A stretch of DNA of 64,000 nucleotides from the IMG/VR virus record IMGVR_UViG_3300035390_000014, positions 135,888-199,887 of that record; one strand, given 5' to 3'. This DNA is from a virus. A program made the position numbers and the translations under genes. Below the pieces are notes generated by a model. It saw only the letters and a list, made by a program, of their open reading frames with translations. It was not told where the DNA came from and did not search any database. This document shows, in pieces, positions 7,162-15,952 of this stretch. The first letter of the stretch is position 1. The number at the start of each line of letters is the position of its first letter.

Positions 7162-7470
7162 ATGGCTAAAATTGGTAAAAAACGTCTAACTGGAACTAAG
7201 TTAAGAGATTACAATTTTATTCACTCACAAAAAAGAGCAAGACAAAGATATAATTTAGTTATATCTAGATCTAATTATGAACAGCTCTGTACGGAGATAA
7301 AACAAAAAAAATTTGTATCTCTAACGCGCACCTATAAAAAGAGTTATCAAGAAGTATACAAAGTTAAGTTTAAAAATACAACCTTGTATGTATTATATAA
7401 AGAAGATGGTAATAGAATAACAACAATGTTACCTTTTCAAAGATTTGAAAGATTAAAAAAAGAAGCATAA
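7162..7470 (+). CDS. Hypothetical basic protein
   Basis: ORF with GGGAG RBS behind a class 1 promoter motif. Confidence 0.6.
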   Translation: MAKIGKKRLTGTKLRDYNFIHSQKRARQRYNLVISRSNYEQLCTEIKQKKFVSLTRTYKKSYQEVYKVKFKNTTLYVLYKEDGNRITTMLPFQRFERLKKEA

Positions 7471-7476
7471 TTAAAT

Positions 7477-7559
7477 GCAGAAGTCGGTCAACGGTAGATC
7501 ACCTGCCTTCCAAGCAGGCGCTTTAAGCATTGCGGGTTCGATTCCCGTCTTCTGCTCCA
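7477..7559 (+). tRNA. tRNA-Gly(UCC) with a long variable arm
   Basis: GCAGAAG/CTTCTGC acceptor; U73-CCA; CCTGC-CTTCCAA-GCAGG arm; extra GCT-TTA-AGC hairpin. Confidence 0.9.
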
Positions 7560-7578
7560 AAATAAAGATGAGGTCGAT

Positions 7579-7791
7579 ATGAAATTTGAATTAATTGGTG
7601 ATGAACTAAGATCATTTCAACAATGGAATAGTGAACATAAGAAAGTATGTAAATTAATAAACGGTGAAAATCAGCCTGCTATTGGCGGTCGTCTAACATT
7701 TTCATTTACTCCAACTGGTTTAGGTCCAGCGATCAGTGTAAAATGCGCTTGTGGTGAGATGCATAATTGCACTAATTATGATTCCTGGTAG
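7579..7791 (+). CDS. Hypothetical phage protein
   Basis: GAGG RBS; AIGG..TFSFTPTGLG....VKC motif. Confidence 0.6.
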   Translation: MKFELIGDELRSFQQWNSEHKKVCKLINGENQPAIGGRLTFSFTPTGLGPAISVKCACGEMHNCTNYDSW

Positions 7792-7855
7792 TAAACTATA
7801 TATATTAATATACATAATATAATAAGTATTTGTATATTAATTAAAGGAGATTAAT

Positions 7856-8767
7856 ATGAAAAGACAAGCGTTAGTAGATCAATTCAAAAAGGTTGGATTG
7901 GTGCTAAAAATTACCAATGGTCCGATTGGTAGAACAACAAATGATGATATCTTTCAAATGGACGTTGGTCGTAAGGTCACTGGAACAAGACGTATTGAAT
8001 GGTTTGAAATCTGGCCTGGTCATGATGATAACAAAATTCAAATTCTTGATATTGACAATAAACTTAATCAGGTTCTTCTTTTGGTTCATGAACCTGAAAG
8101 AATTTTTGAAACAGAAGAGAAAAAGCAAACTGGAAAATGGAGAGATACTCCAGAAGAAAGAAAACAATGGTTTGAAAACAATAGAGTTAAATATCGTGAA
8201 ACTGAAACTCATTTCTATATCATTGAAAAATCTCCATCTTTTGTTAGGCATTTTCTCATGGGTGTTGATGAACGTCAACTTTTTGTTGCTCAACTCATTA
8301 ATGGAACAACATCTATTAATGAGGCAAGAAAACAATTAGGAAGTAGTGTTAAGTTTCATGAAGGTGTTAGAAAAATGTCACCTAAACGTCAAGGTGAATG
8401 GTTCTTTCTTAGAGCAACCAGAAAACAAGAAGACTTGATTGATTTGTTAATTCAAAAAAATAAAGCATGGATTGTTAAAAAAGCCAATATTGGTGCTTAT
8501 TCAGGTAAGCCAAGAGGTAATCCACATGTTGCTGATGAATTAGTTGTAATTAATGTTCATCCTGAATCTCTTGAAAGACTTGGTTGGTCTAAAAATAAAC
8601 GTAAGAGAAATCCTAGAAGAGGAATTCCTATTAGAACAACCCAGGTTTATGTTCGTGGTGCCATTAGGCATATTGATCATAAAACTATTAAGTATTCTCA
8701 TTGGTATCAGGTTGTTCTTAACAACGAAGGTAATACTGAAAGTGCTACTCAAAGCTGGATAGATTAA
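7856..8767 (+). CDS. Hypothetical protein (RQGE..., H.DH motifs)
   Basis: 303-aa ORF with AAGGAG RBS and its own class 2 promoter motif. Confidence 0.7.
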   Translation: MKRQALVDQFKKVGLVLKITNGPIGRTTNDDIFQMDVGRKVTGTRRIEWFEIWPGHDDNKIQILDIDNKLNQVLLLVHEPERIFETEEKKQTGKWRDTPEERKQWFENNRVKYRETETHFYIIEKSPSFVRHFLMGVDERQLFVAQLINGTTSINEARKQLGSSVKFHEGVRKMSPKRQGEWFFLRATRKQEDLIDLLIQKNKAWIVKKANIGAYSGKPRGNPHVADELVVINVHPESLERLGWSKNKRKRNPRRGIPIRTTQVYVRGAIRHIDHKTIKYSHWYQVVLNNEGNTESATQSWID

Positions 8768-8775
8768 ATTAAATA

Positions 8776-8850
8776 GGTGGTATGGTCCGAGAGGCTAGGC
8801 ACTGGATTGCAAATCCAGATACGTGGGTTCGACTCCCTCTACCACCTCCA
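8776..8850 (+). tRNA. tRNA-Cys(GCA)
   Basis: GGTGGTA/TACCACC acceptor; U73-CCA; CTGGA-TTGCAAA-TCCAG arm. Confidence 0.95.
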
Positions 8851-8862
8851 ATTAAAAGGTGA

Positions 8863-9462
8863 ATGATGAAATCTCAAGTAATGGAATCGTTGGATTTAAA
8901 GATTACTGGACATTTGAATTTATTTAAACTAACGTATGAGAATAAGAATGGGGATATAAAACCTTGGTTATTGGCATCCAGAAAAAGTGTGCCTAAAGTA
9001 ATGTCAAGAGATTTTTCTCCGGATGCAGTTGTTATAATGGCTATGGTGAAAGAAACGCTTGAGTATGTTATTCTTAGAGAGTATCGACCAAGTGTTGATG
9101 GGGTAATGATTGAATTTCCAGCCGGGAAAATTGATCCTGGTGAATCAATTGAGGATGCTGTTAGAAGAGAATTAAAAGAAGAAACAGGGTTTGACTTAGT
9201 AGGAATAACACATCAAAGTCCGCCCTTATATTCATCCTCAGGAATGACAGATGAATCAATAGTGTTTGTTAAATGTATGTGTGAAGGCGAACTCTCAATA
9301 GACGGTCTTGAGGAATCAGAAGAGATTCAACCTTTTACATGTAGTCCTCTTTATCTTCAAGAACTCCTACATGAAGAAAATGTTTTCTATGATGTTAGGT
9401 TGTGGATGGCACTTAATACTATTGATATACCAAGGAACATTACAGGGGTTAGAAATAGATAA
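8863..9462 (+). CDS. NUDIX hydrolase, ADP-ribose pyrophosphatase-like
   Basis: EFPAG.ID.GES..DA.RRELKEETG Nudix box; S.GMTDE motif. Confidence 0.85.
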   Translation: MMKSQVMESLDLKITGHLNLFKLTYENKNGDIKPWLLASRKSVPKVMSRDFSPDAVVIMAMVKETLEYVILREYRPSVDGVMIEFPAGKIDPGESIEDAVRRELKEETGFDLVGITHQSPPLYSSSGMTDESIVFVKCMCEGELSIDGLEESEEIQPFTCSPLYLQELLHEENVFYDVRLWMALNTIDIPRNITGVRNR

Positions 9463-9639
9463 AAAAGAATAAAAAAGGGTTGCTCATTTAGGACTCTTTT
9501 TTTTTTGTATAAATTTTGTGAGATAGAAACATAAACATATAGAACATATTATAAATGATAGAGTCGACTATAAAATAAATAAATTACCATATCTGAGTTG
9601 GTCGCAGATTCAAGGTATTAAATTAAGGAAATAAGTAAC

Positions 9640-9840
9640 ATGGCACAAGGAACAGTAAAATGGTTTAACGACGAAAAGGGTTTTGGATTCATTGAAAGAG
9701 ATGGAGCTCCAGATGTATTTGTACATTATTCAGAAATTCAGAGTAATGGTTTTAAAAAATTAGAAGAAGGCGATAAGGTCTCTTTTGATGTAGAAGAAGG
9801 TACAAAAGGTCCACAGGCTAAGAATGTAATCAAATCTTAA
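9640..9840 (+). CDS. cspA: Cold-shock protein
   Basis: GTVKWFN.EKGFGFI, DVFVHYS and GPQA.NV motifs. Confidence 0.97.
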   Translation: MAQGTVKWFNDEKGFGFIERDGAPDVFVHYSEIQSNGFKKLEEGDKVSFDVEEGTKGPQAKNVIKS

Positions 9841-10107
9841 AGGTGAATCATGGGTGATTGGAGTGTTCCAATATCAATAATAGCGTTATATATTGCTATG
9901 TTTATATTTGCAATATTGTGGTTTGAAGAAATTTTAAAAATTAAATTTTATTGTCAACTTTATTTAACAATAACTTGTACTGCAATACTTTGGTGTTTTT
10001 ATTTAGGAAGCAAAAGTTATACAATAATTTATTCTTCAAATAAAGATGAAGCAGGTGTTAAACGATTTATAGAATTTCCAATCATCTGGATGTAATATGT
10101 AATATAC

Positions 10108-10199
10108 AACCACGTTGAGGGATGAAAGATTCCCAAAGTTGAAATCCTTAGGGAGACGAGATATCAATGAACCCTTTGAAGTAAGTAAACTACGTGGTT
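10108..10199 (+). ncRNA. Small structured RNA candidate
   Basis: AACCACGT/ACGTGGTT closing stem; GAGGGATGAAAGATTCCC hairpin. Confidence 0.4.
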
Positions 10200-10265
10200 T
10201 ACACATTAGAAATTTTCTTTGACATATAGAACATATTATAAATGATGAATTTATATAGGTGATAT

Positions 10266-10763
10266 ATGTATGAATGTTATAAATGTGGAAGAGAATTTAG
10301 TAAAGCTGAGGGGTTATCCAAACATGTAAAATCATGTGTTGGTAAAAGGTATTGTAAACAGTGTGGCATAGAAACAAAAAATCCAAAATTTTGCTCATCT
10401 AGTTGCGCTGAAACTTATAACAATACTCAGTATTTATTAGAAACAAAAAAAGAAGAGGCAGTATCTTATGAACTATCTGCTAAACCTTATTTTGAATTAT
10501 CAATACATGACAGAAAAGAAATTTTATGGCTTGAACAAAAGCACAAATGTTTGACTTGTGAATTTGATTTGTATGATCCTATAAATGTACCATATGAAAT
10601 ATATCATGTAGATGGTAATGATACTAATAAACAAAGATCTAATGAACAATTGTTATGTTGCAATTGTTATAATATGAAACCAAATTATAGATTCAAAGGT
10701 ATAAAGCATACTAAAGAATCTAAAAAAATAAAGAAAAAGATGTTAACAATTATGCCCCTATAG
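10266..10763 (+). CDS. Zn-finger/HNH endonuclease-like protein
   Basis: C2HC finger; C..C...KFCS..C; degenerate HNH (YHVDG...N...N..LLC.NC); overlaps the 5' end of the tRNA. Confidence 0.65.
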   Translation: MYECYKCGREFSKAEGLSKHVKSCVGKRYCKQCGIETKNPKFCSSSCAETYNNTQYLLETKKEEAVSYELSAKPYFELSIHDRKEILWLEQKHKCLTCEFDLYDPINVPYEIYHVDGNDTNKQRSNEQLLCCNCYNMKPNYRFKGIKHTKESKKIKKKMLTIMPL

Positions 10764-10828
10764 CTCAGCGAAAAGAGCATGAGGTTTCTACCCTCTGTGC
10801 GCAGGTTTGATTCCTGCTAGGGGTTCCA
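10754..10828 (+). tRNA. tRNA-Arg(UCU)
   Basis: GCCCCTA/TAGGGGT acceptor; GAGG-TTTCTAC-CCTC arm; TTTGATT T loop; CCA end. Confidence 0.85.
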
Positions 10829-11061
10829 TTTTTAAAAGGTAGATTATGAATAAGATAACAGTTTTATATTGGATAGGATATAATTATTCAGATATAAATA
10901 TAGACCATGAACAATCATATGACTATTCAGAAAAAACAAAAAATGAACTTATCAATCTATTTTTAGGTCACGGTCATCATGTAATGTTACAACAACGAGA
11001 TGAAACATTATTAATATCAATAGATGATCGTCAATTTAAACAAAGATAAAAGGAGGTCAAC

Positions 11062-11115
11062 ATGAAAAAAATGTATTGGAAAGGTAACTGGGCATAGGTA
11101 AATAGACCACCCTAA
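11062..11115 (+). CDS. Putative leader peptide MKKMYWKGNWA[TAG]VNRPP[TAA]
   Basis: Strong AAGGAGGT RBS; in-frame amber at 11095-11097 followed by RPP-stop. Confidence 0.65.
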
Positions 11116-11188
11116 TACAAAGTATAATTTATATTAACGACTAAAATCTAGTTAAAACAAATTATATTTATTATTAGGAGAACTACAA

Positions 11189-11518
11189 ATGACTTTCAAA
11201 GAATTAAAAAACAGTATCAAAAAACAATTAAAAGAAACAGCTAACACTATTCGTATTTTAAAAGCAGCAAGAAAACCTCATGTCTATAATAGCAACCCTG
11301 CATTATATGATAAGTTAGGTGATCTAGATTCACTCAGGTATAGTATAAGACATAAACACATTGCTTATTGCATGTTTTTCAATGGAACTGAATATGGTGA
11401 TATTGAAAGAAAATGTAATGAGAGTCCATACATTGGTAGAATTGATCAGTATAAAAAAGAATGGTCTTATATTGTGGAGGCGAATCAAGATGCAAAAACT
11501 GTACGTGATAGTGCGTAA
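11189..11518 (+). CDS. Hypothetical phage protein (RHKHIAYC motif)
   Basis: AGGAG RBS; overlaps the start of the PTH2-like gene. Confidence 0.7.
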   Translation: MTFKELKNSIKKQLKETANTIRILKAARKPHVYNSNPALYDKLGDLDSLRYSIRHKHIAYCMFFNGTEYGDIERKCNESPYIGRIDQYKKEWSYIVEANQDAKTVRDSA

Positions 11519-11780
11519 GGATCTAAGTCCTTCACAAATAGCTGTTCAAGCAGGTCACGCAGTAGCAGAATATTTAGTTAATGATTCAAAGACTTGGAAA
11601 AATGAGATCCTAATTTATTTGGGAGTTCCTGGTCTTAGACAGTTACATAGATGGATGATGAAACTTGATAATCAAGATGTTAAATATACTGCATGGCGAG
11701 AACCTGATATTAATAATGAAGTGACAGCAATAGCAAGCACTGGTTCAAGTGAATTTTTTAAAACATTGAACCTATTATAA
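11490..11780 (+). CDS. Peptidyl-tRNA hydrolase PTH2-like protein
   Basis: KLYVIVRKDL.....AVQAGHA and W.EPD..NE.TAIA motifs; GGAGG RBS. Confidence 0.75.
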   Translation: MQKLYVIVRKDLSPSQIAVQAGHAVAEYLVNDSKTWKNEILIYLGVPGLRQLHRWMMKLDNQDVKYTAWREPDINNEVTAIASTGSSEFFKTLNLL

Positions 11781-11856
11781 GCCGGTGTAGCTTATTGGGA
11801 GAGCCGAGAACTCTAAATTCTTGATTGAGTAAGTTCGATCCTTACCATCGGCACCA
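11781..11856 (+). tRNA. Amber suppressor tRNA (anticodon CUA)
   Basis: GCCGGTG/CATCGGC acceptor; A73-CCA; GAGAA-CTCTAAA-TTCTT arm; GTAAG-TTCGATC-CTTAC T arm. Confidence 0.9.
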
Positions 11857-11884
11857 AAATAATAATCATCCTGGGGATTAAAAT

Positions 11885-12520
11885 ATGTATTATACACTTT
11901 ATAAAACTACCAATATATTAAATGGGAAATTTTATATTGGGTGTCATAAAACAAATGATCTCCATGATGATTATATTGGTTCAGGCAAATATTTAACTAA
12001 TTCTATTAATAAATATGGTATAGAAAATTTTATCAAAGAAATAATGCAATTATTTTTTTCATCTGAACAAATGTATGAGATGGAAAGTTTATTAGTTGAT
12101 GAAAAATTTGTTGAAAGAAAAGATACTTATAATTTAAAAGTTGGTGGTGAAGGCGGTTTTGATTATATTAATGAAAATGGATTAAAATGTAAAACTCCTT
12201 TTATGTCTGATGCATTTATTAATGCTAGAGAAAAAGTAATATTAAAAAGAAAAACCGATCTTGAATATGCTAAACAACATTATAAAAAAACAAGAGAAGG
12301 TTTAAAAAAATATTATAAAACTAATTATAATGCATTTAAAAATCAACAACATACTGAAGAAACAAAAAAGAAAATAGGTTTAAACACCTCTTTTCATCAA
12401 AAGGGTAAAAAAAATTCTCAGTATGGGACAATGTGGATAACCGATGGTATTAATAATAAAAAAATAAAAAAAGTTTCTATGATTCCAGAAGGTTGGAATA
12501 AAGGTAGAAAATTGAAATAA
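11885..12520 (+). CDS. GIY-YIG (Seg-like) homing endonuclease with a NUMOD3-like C terminus
   Basis: LYKTTN..NGKFYIG.H, Y.GSG, YNLK.GG.GG and HTEETKKKI motifs. Confidence 0.85.
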   Translation: MYYTLYKTTNILNGKFYIGCHKTNDLHDDYIGSGKYLTNSINKYGIENFIKEIMQLFFSSEQMYEMESLLVDEKFVERKDTYNLKVGGEGGFDYINENGLKCKTPFMSDAFINAREKVILKRKTDLEYAKQHYKKTREGLKKYYKTNYNAFKNQQHTEETKKKIGLNTSFHQKGKKNSQYGTMWITDGINNKKIKKVSMIPEGWNKGRKLK

Positions 12521-12599
12521 GTCCCTGTATACCCTCTGATTACGAACCAGATGAAAGGTTAACGGACACATGGAGGTTCGAATCCTCTCAGGGATACCA
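12521..12599 (+). ncRNA. Atypical tRNA-like RNA (ACG loop, no canonical D arm)
   Basis: GTCCCTG/CAGGGAT-ACCA acceptor; GGAGG-TTCGAAT-CCTCT T arm; TCTG-ATTACGAAC-CAGA arm only 7 nt after the acceptor. Confidence 0.7.
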
Positions 12600-13366
12600 A
12601 AAGTAAGCACCGGAGTTATCGGTGAAAAGATTGCTGGTGGAAGTCAACATGTTCATGCGATGGGGTTTAATTGGAGGGTATCTACGAATGCCCTCCAATT
12701 ATTCCGTTGGAAAATTTATACAAAAAAAAGAGACTTACCACATATGTAATGTGTGCTCTTTTTTTGTATTAATTTAATTTATATTTTAATTCTTTAACTT
12801 TTCTATTAAATTCATCAACTTTACTTTCATATTTTTTTCTGGCTTCTTTCATTCTATGATCTGATGATGTTGTGAGACCTAAAAATATAGCTGTATTTAA
12901 ATTAAGTTTAATTAAATCCAATTCAATTTGCATCTCATTAATTTTTTCAATAATATTTGACATAATGACTTATTTTTCCTTCTTTTCAGATTTCTTTTCT
13001 TCATCTTCATCAATTTTCTTCAAAAACCAATAACAATTAACAAATAAATTTTTAGATATTTGTTCATCTGTTATGTCTTCCGCCATTATTATTCTCCTTT
13101 AAATTCAAAGGTTGTAACAAAGATAATGTCTTAGCGGATATATAAACATTGATATAACCCATTACCTTTGTCACACCCTTATTAAGATTGCTAAGATGAA
13201 CCTTAGTAAGAGTGTGACCGACATTAGTTTTCCTTCCCCAATGCCTTCGGAAGTTTAAAAATTTTATTTTTTCTTTGCGAGATATATCAATCCCCAAAGA
13301 ACCAGCCCGACCATAACTATGTATGGCCAATAATTACAGAAAAATAACATATTTTTTCTCCATAAA

Positions 13367-13612
13367 TTAATAATTAATAGTATAAGTATAACCAAATTCA
13401 TTATACTTAGATACATCCACATCCTTTATTGCTCCAGCCTTTTTTAGAACTATTATAGCTCTAAAAATATGCATAACAGGAACATTAGGAAGTAACTCAG
13501 TCACATCTTGATCCCGAAAGAAAAATGGGAACCCATTCCAATTATAATCTGTTTTAGAATGACGATCTTGAAGAGTTCTAACTGCTGCCAGGACTTGAAT
13601 AAATAAATTCAT
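13367..13612 (-). CDS. Hypothetical protein, first of three small minus-strand ORFs (also 13064-13330 and 12769-12963)
   Basis: AGGAG RBS; class 2 promoter motif at 13680-13693(-). Confidence 0.55.
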   Translation of the reverse strand: MNLFIQVLAAVRTLQDRHSKTDYNWNGFPFFFRDQDVTELLPNVPVMHIFRAIIVLKKAGAIKDVDVSKYNEFGYTYTINY

Positions 13613-13774
13613 GTTATTCTCCTATAAAAAATTATATATACCGGAATATCTGAGTGATAATCCTTATATGCTATTACTCAATAATATATATAGTAAATCC
13701 ATCTAAATGGGATCCCTAAATAAGAAACTATTTTCAACAAAAGGAACATATTATAAATTAAAGGAGAATGATTT

Positions 13775-14245
13775 ATGAGCGAAACAATTATTGTAGCACC
13801 ACATTCAGACGACGAAATTATTGGATGTTTTCAAATTTTGGACAACCCAGATATAAAACCTATTATTATTTACACAGAAGATATGGACAAAGAAAGACAA
13901 AATGAATGTAGAGGAATAAGAGAACATTTCTCAATTAAAGGTCAAATGTTTCTCCATAGTATCCCACCTCAATTTTTAAATACATTAAATACATTTTATT
14001 TTCCAGGTCCTGATGAAATTCACCCAGCTCATAGAACTCAAGCAGCTATAGGTGAAGCGTTGGCAAGACAAGGGTTGAATGTTATTTTTTATTCTACAAA
14101 TATGAATGTTCCTTTTATTGAGGAAGAAACATTTCCAGATAGAAAAAAAGAAATGTTAGATAAAATTTATCCTAGTCAATCTGATTTATGGAAGTATGAC
14201 CATAAGTACTTTTTGTTTCGTGGATTTATGAAATGGATCTTCTAA
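13775..14245 (+). CDS. PIG-L/LmbE-family deacetylase-like protein
   Basis: APHSDDE.IG and HPAH motifs. Confidence 0.7.
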   Translation: MSETIIVAPHSDDEIIGCFQILDNPDIKPIIIYTEDMDKERQNECRGIREHFSIKGQMFLHSIPPQFLNTLNTFYFPGPDEIHPAHRTQAAIGEALARQGLNVIFYSTNMNVPFIEEETFPDRKKEMLDKIYPSQSDLWKYDHKYFLFRGFMKWIF

Positions 14246-14475
14246 GTAATATAGTTGGTTGTATATCATTAATAACAACTGTCATTGGAATGTATTATGT
14301 TTCTAAAAAAATAAAAACTGGTTTTATATATTATAGTATAAGTTTAATTGCTCAATTGATTTTATTTATACTAATATCTAATTGGTTTTTAGTTTTACAA
14401 ATGGTAGTATTATTATCATCTAATGTATATATTTATTGGAAATGGAGAAAAGACGATGTCATTAGTAATAATTGA
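14233..14475 (+). CDS. Small membrane protein, PnuC/SemiSWEET-like
   Basis: Three hydrophobic helices ending in N.YIYWKW. Confidence 0.4.
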   Translation: MDLLSNIVGCISLITTVIGMYYVSKKIKTGFIYYSISLIAQLILFILISNWFLVLQMVVLLSSNVYIYWKWRKDDVISNN

Positions 14476-14749
14476 AGATGATATATTAGAGAAATGTATT
14501 GATAAATGGGGTGCTAATTTTCAGGTTGAATTAGCAGTAGAAGAGATTGGTGAATTAATTGAACAATTAGGTTCAACTCTTAAATCAATTAATCAATATA
14601 AAAGAGATAGAATTGGGTTAGAAAGATTAATGGAAGAATTTGCTGATGTATTTTTAATGATGCAGCAAATGAGAGCAATTGATCAAAAATTATTTGATGA
14701 TATTTCTGAATATAAAGTGGAGAGATTAAAGGAGAGATTAGAAAAATGA
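14456..14749 (+). CDS. MazG-like nucleotide pyrophosphohydrolase
   Basis: EEIGEL and EEFADV motifs. Confidence 0.65.
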   Translation: MSLVIIEDDILEKCIDKWGANFQVELAVEEIGELIEQLGSTLKSINQYKRDRIGLERLMEEFADVFLMMQQMRAIDQKLFDDISEYKVERLKERLEK

Positions 14750-14973
14750 AAGATCTTAGTTTTGTATTGAGTATTGGTAGTAGTGAAGATGGGGAAATAG
14801 CAAGTAGACAATTAACTGTTGAATGGAATAAAGAATTAGAAACTAATATGAAAGTATATCATAATTTAGATCTTAAAAATTCTATTAGTGGGATACTTTT
14901 AGATCAAATAAAAGAATCAATTACTTTAGAATTAATAGAAGAATTAATAGATGATGCCTTAGAGGTGAATTAA

Positions 14974-15948
14974 ATGAGTAGATTAATTTATGTTCCTCAA
15001 TATCCAGCTAACATGCGCTATCAGGAATGGTGGCTTTCTGAGTTCACTAAAGAGTTTGAAAAAGAATATGATGAAGTAGAAATTCTTGGACTAAATTGGT
15101 TGGTACAAAATATGGATTATGTTAGTAGTGAATATGATACAGCCATGTTTTCTCCAATTAATAAAGCTGCTAGATTTGAAACATCACAAATGGATGACTA
15201 TATGGCTCTTGATATACGTGATGATGATACCCTATTTCTCTCTGACATAAGCTTTCCTGGGTTGTTTTGTAATGTCCTATACCATAAGACGTGTCCAAAA
15301 ATGTACGCGTTCTGCCACGCCACATCGCTTAATAAGTATGATTATTTTGCACCTATGCGTAAACATAAAAAGAAAATTGAATTAAATCACGCTCAGTTAT
15401 TTGATGGTATTTTCTTTGGAAGTTATTATAGTATAAATAAAACTAAATGGTCTGAAAAAGGTATTAAGTGTCATAGAGTAACACTACCAGCGCCTCCAGA
15501 AGATTTAATTAAACCAGTCCATGTCAGTGATTATAGAGATATTGATATTGTTTCTGTTTGTAGACCTTCTATTCAAAAGGTAAATAAAAAACTTGAGAAA
15601 AAAGTTGAACAAGCTTTAGGTATTAAAATACATAGAGAAGAAGTTAATACTTGGGAACAGTATAATATTTTACTAGCCAGATCAAAAGTATTACTAATTT
15701 CGACAAAAGAAGACACTTTTAACTACACGATCATGGATGCTATTAGATGTGGTTGTATTCCGTTGGTTCCTAATACATTATGTTTCCCTGAAATTGTTCC
15801 ATTGTATTGGCGATATAGTCATGCAGGAAATTTAATTTTAAAATTGCAACATATATTTAATGATAAAACATTTATTTTACCAGAAATGATTTGTCAAGAT
15901 GAAGTTGATAATTTTTTTAAAAATATAATTAAAATAATGAAGAGGTAA
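14974..15948 (+). CDS. GT-B glycosyltransferase
   Basis: C-terminal EDTFNYTIMDAI.CGC.PLVP...FPEI (GT1/GT4-type) motif. Confidence 0.7.
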   Translation: MSRLIYVPQYPANMRYQEWWLSEFTKEFEKEYDEVEILGLNWLVQNMDYVSSEYDTAMFSPINKAARFETSQMDDYMALDIRDDDTLFLSDISFPGLFCNVLYHKTCPKMYAFCHATSLNKYDYFAPMRKHKKKIELNHAQLFDGIFFGSYYSINKTKWSEKGIKCHRVTLPAPPEDLIKPVHVSDYRDIDIVSVCRPSIQKVNKKLEKKVEQALGIKIHREEVNTWEQYNILLARSKVLLISTKEDTFNYTIMDAIRCGCIPLVPNTLCFPEIVPLYWRYSHAGNLILKLQHIFNDKTFILPEMICQDEVDNFFKNIIKIMKR

Positions 15949-15952
15949 ACAT

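Noticed and set aside
11781..11856. Genome-wide TAG reassignment, or tRNA-Pyl
   Set aside because: Core genes are uninterrupted in code 11 and several end in TAG; the tRNA has canonical D-loop GG and TTCGA, unlike tRNA-Pyl, and no pyl genes are seen
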